DNA of 64,000 nt from Ancylonema sp. Taxonomy: Eukaryota. The notes below the pieces were generated by a model. It was not told the origin of the DNA. It did not search any database and saw only the letters and a program-made list of their open reading frames with translations. Positions 61,854-64,000 of this stretch are shown here, piece after piece. Where the stretch lies: positions 1 to 64,000 of the forward strand of contig JBFLGF010000092.1 of the NCBI GenBank assembly GCA_050230475.1. Direction: 5' to 3'. The position numbers were made by a program, and so were the translations under genes. The stretch's first letter is position 1, and each line of letters begins with the position of its first letter.

Positions 61854-64000
61854 TTGACACGTCCTAACCCTTCACCATCGTTAGCTACGGCAATGGTACC
61901 ATTTAAGGGTGGCAATTATGGACAGTCATCAGAGAATCAAAAGAAGATACCACGGACACGGCAATACGGAGAGTCTGACTACACACAAGGGACTCACTGC
62001 TCACACTGTGGGGGGGCTAACCACACCGTCGCACAATGCAGGAAAGCCAAGAGAGCCAGTCAAAATCTCACCATTCATGTTGATGCTTCACCCCGTGCAG
62101 GTGCAACCATAACCGAGTGGGATAGCCGTGAGCCACCAACTTCGTACATGCATCGTCCCATCACCTCATCTCTGACCTACCTCGAGAACCGGGCGAAACA
62201 AAGCACCAATCTCACCCCTAGTGAGACACACAAGGTACTTTACCCCGATCTCCCGGCTCATTATATGATGGCACCACGTCGCTTACCCAGAGTTGCAGCC
62301 ATTGTAGACAAGGAAGGATAGAGAAAGGAACGAAGGAAAAAGAGTGCTAGAGTCGTTGTCGATGTCAGTACACCTATGCATTCGGCAAATCAGGGCTCAC
62401 CTAGTGACGGTGAAAAACAACAGACTAAGGAACGGTCTCCTTCACCTACTAGAGATCCAGACACTCCAATTTACCAAGATGCTCAGTCAGAACCAGGGGA
62501 GTACCCCACTCCTCACCCTGAAACATTGTTGGAAACCGTTGCTTAGAGAAGGAGAAGACTATGGTCGACGACAAGGATACAACACCAAAATGCCTGATTC
62601 TTCCGAACCACATTTTTCTTTGCAACTTGAACCCGGTACTACCAATCTGGAGCACATGAATGATTCAAATGTGCCACCACCCTTACCCTTGGCTAAAGAA
62701 CGGAGTCAGCACTCCAGGAGGCAGCCGATCTGGTGAACTTCATGCAAGACCCTGCAAACGCCCGTCTTCAACCAACCCCGTCTTCCTCAAAGACTCAGCC
62801 CGTCTACCTGCTCACCACAACCGGCTGGCGAAGCATTATGGCATCACCATGTCGCCTAACCGACGAGGTGTTCTCCTCGTAGGCGATGTGAAACCCGTGG
62901 AGAATGTGTTGGACACTGGTGCCAAAGAAACCATGATTGGCGCCAACCTCACCAAACTCCTCCAACTCTCACCTCCTAACTTGCACCTCGGAGCACCATA
63001 CATCACGGCGTCACGAAAGATAGAGTTAAGTGTGGGGAGTACCAAGGAGAAGAGTCCCATCACCAGTGGTGAAGGCACTGCTCACCCTTGCACTGTACAT
63101 CGTCACCTCCATCTGTCCCCATCGACGGAGTTCGACATCATCCTTAGCAACTCAATTATTTGTCCGATGGGAGGATACCCTGATTCGTGGACCGAGACAT
63201 ACATGTATCGACCAGACGTCCGGACGGGAGGGCATTGTTTGGCAGGCGTCCCTATTGCCATTCACGAGACTCACGACACTCCGGCGATTTACATGGCGCG
63301 CAAGAAGCAGTTTGCCTCTTGGCTCCAACCGTCAAGGACTTCGGAGTCAGCATACAACACTACACCAACAAAAGCAGAGGACGAGTGCGTCTTCGATGAC
63401 GACGATGTCACGGTGGTTCCCACCGTCGATCCCACACCAATTCCTCTGGTGGATCCTCCAACACCTGAGAATATGGGTTTGGTCATTCCCGCACCCTTGG
63501 TAACCACCATTGTTGCACCCATGTCACCACCTCCTGGCGTGGGACCCGACTTCATCACCCCGGTGTCATCACCAGCACCTCGTTTCTCACCCTTGACTTC
63601 ACCTCTCTCGGAATACAATGGACCACCTCGATCTGCCCTTAGTCGAGAGTTCGATTCGTACTTTCGAGACACTCCCCAGAAACCACGTTCATCGACAGGT
63701 ACACATTGCAAGGCAAATTGTACCACCTCACTGAAACACGGTTATTCACCACGGAATTTGAGTGCAGGTCGTTCTCTCCGCTCACCCGTGTTCCCGACAT
63801 CACCATTGCATACGGCGATAGCACCCTCGCAACCAAAGGGTAAGTTATCACCCAAATGCAACTCTTTGCAAGAAACCATCGATGACACGATAGCGGCACC
63901 ATTTGCAGAAATTGGTGCACCTCCTTCCCCACCCCTTACCACCACACCATCGCCAGTCGGAGGTACACTTTTACCACCCATCGATGCACCGCAAATAAAG
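61854..64000 (+). mobile_element. Decayed LTR-retrotransposon gag/protease region (probably Ty3/gypsy), runs off the window
   Basis: CSHCGGANHTVAQC zinc knuckle (~61998-62039); aspartic protease VLDTGAKETMIG (~62912); downstream GGYPDSWTETYMYR; frameshifts and stops; RT/integrase order not visible. Confidence 0.7.

Overview
Eukaryotic, transposon-rich genomic DNA, inferred to be a green plant or streptophyte alga (plastid-type NSI/GNAT2 gene, TTTAGGG telomere-type repeats, plant-like NNF1/RH57/JMJ31 orthologues). Five spliced genes were rebuilt by hand from GT-AG sites and reading phase: kinetochore NNF1/PMF1 (+, 2294-6774), plastid acetyltransferase NSI/GNAT2 (-, 28913-32822), a 69-aa single-TM microprotein (-, 37244-37949), DEAD-box helicase DDX52/ROK1 (+, 38629-46326) and a JmjC/cupin_8 dioxygenase (JMJ31-like, -, 55425-60908). 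The intergenic DNA is a stack of nested transposons: more than a dozen non-autonomous hAT elements with 8-bp target-site duplications (TSDs) and family-specific subterminal motifs, TA-flanked Tc1/mariner-type MITEs, one MULE-type MITE, two decayed Ty1/copia copies plus a solo LTR of the same family, an unrelated solo LTR, and a decayed gag/protease at the right edge. No CRISPR array, rRNA or tRNA was recognised. Family assignments come from recalled motifs, not database searches. I found no clear new multi-gene system; the best leads are the microprotein gene, the hAT end-motif diversity and insertion behaviour, and G-run/C-run intron ends.
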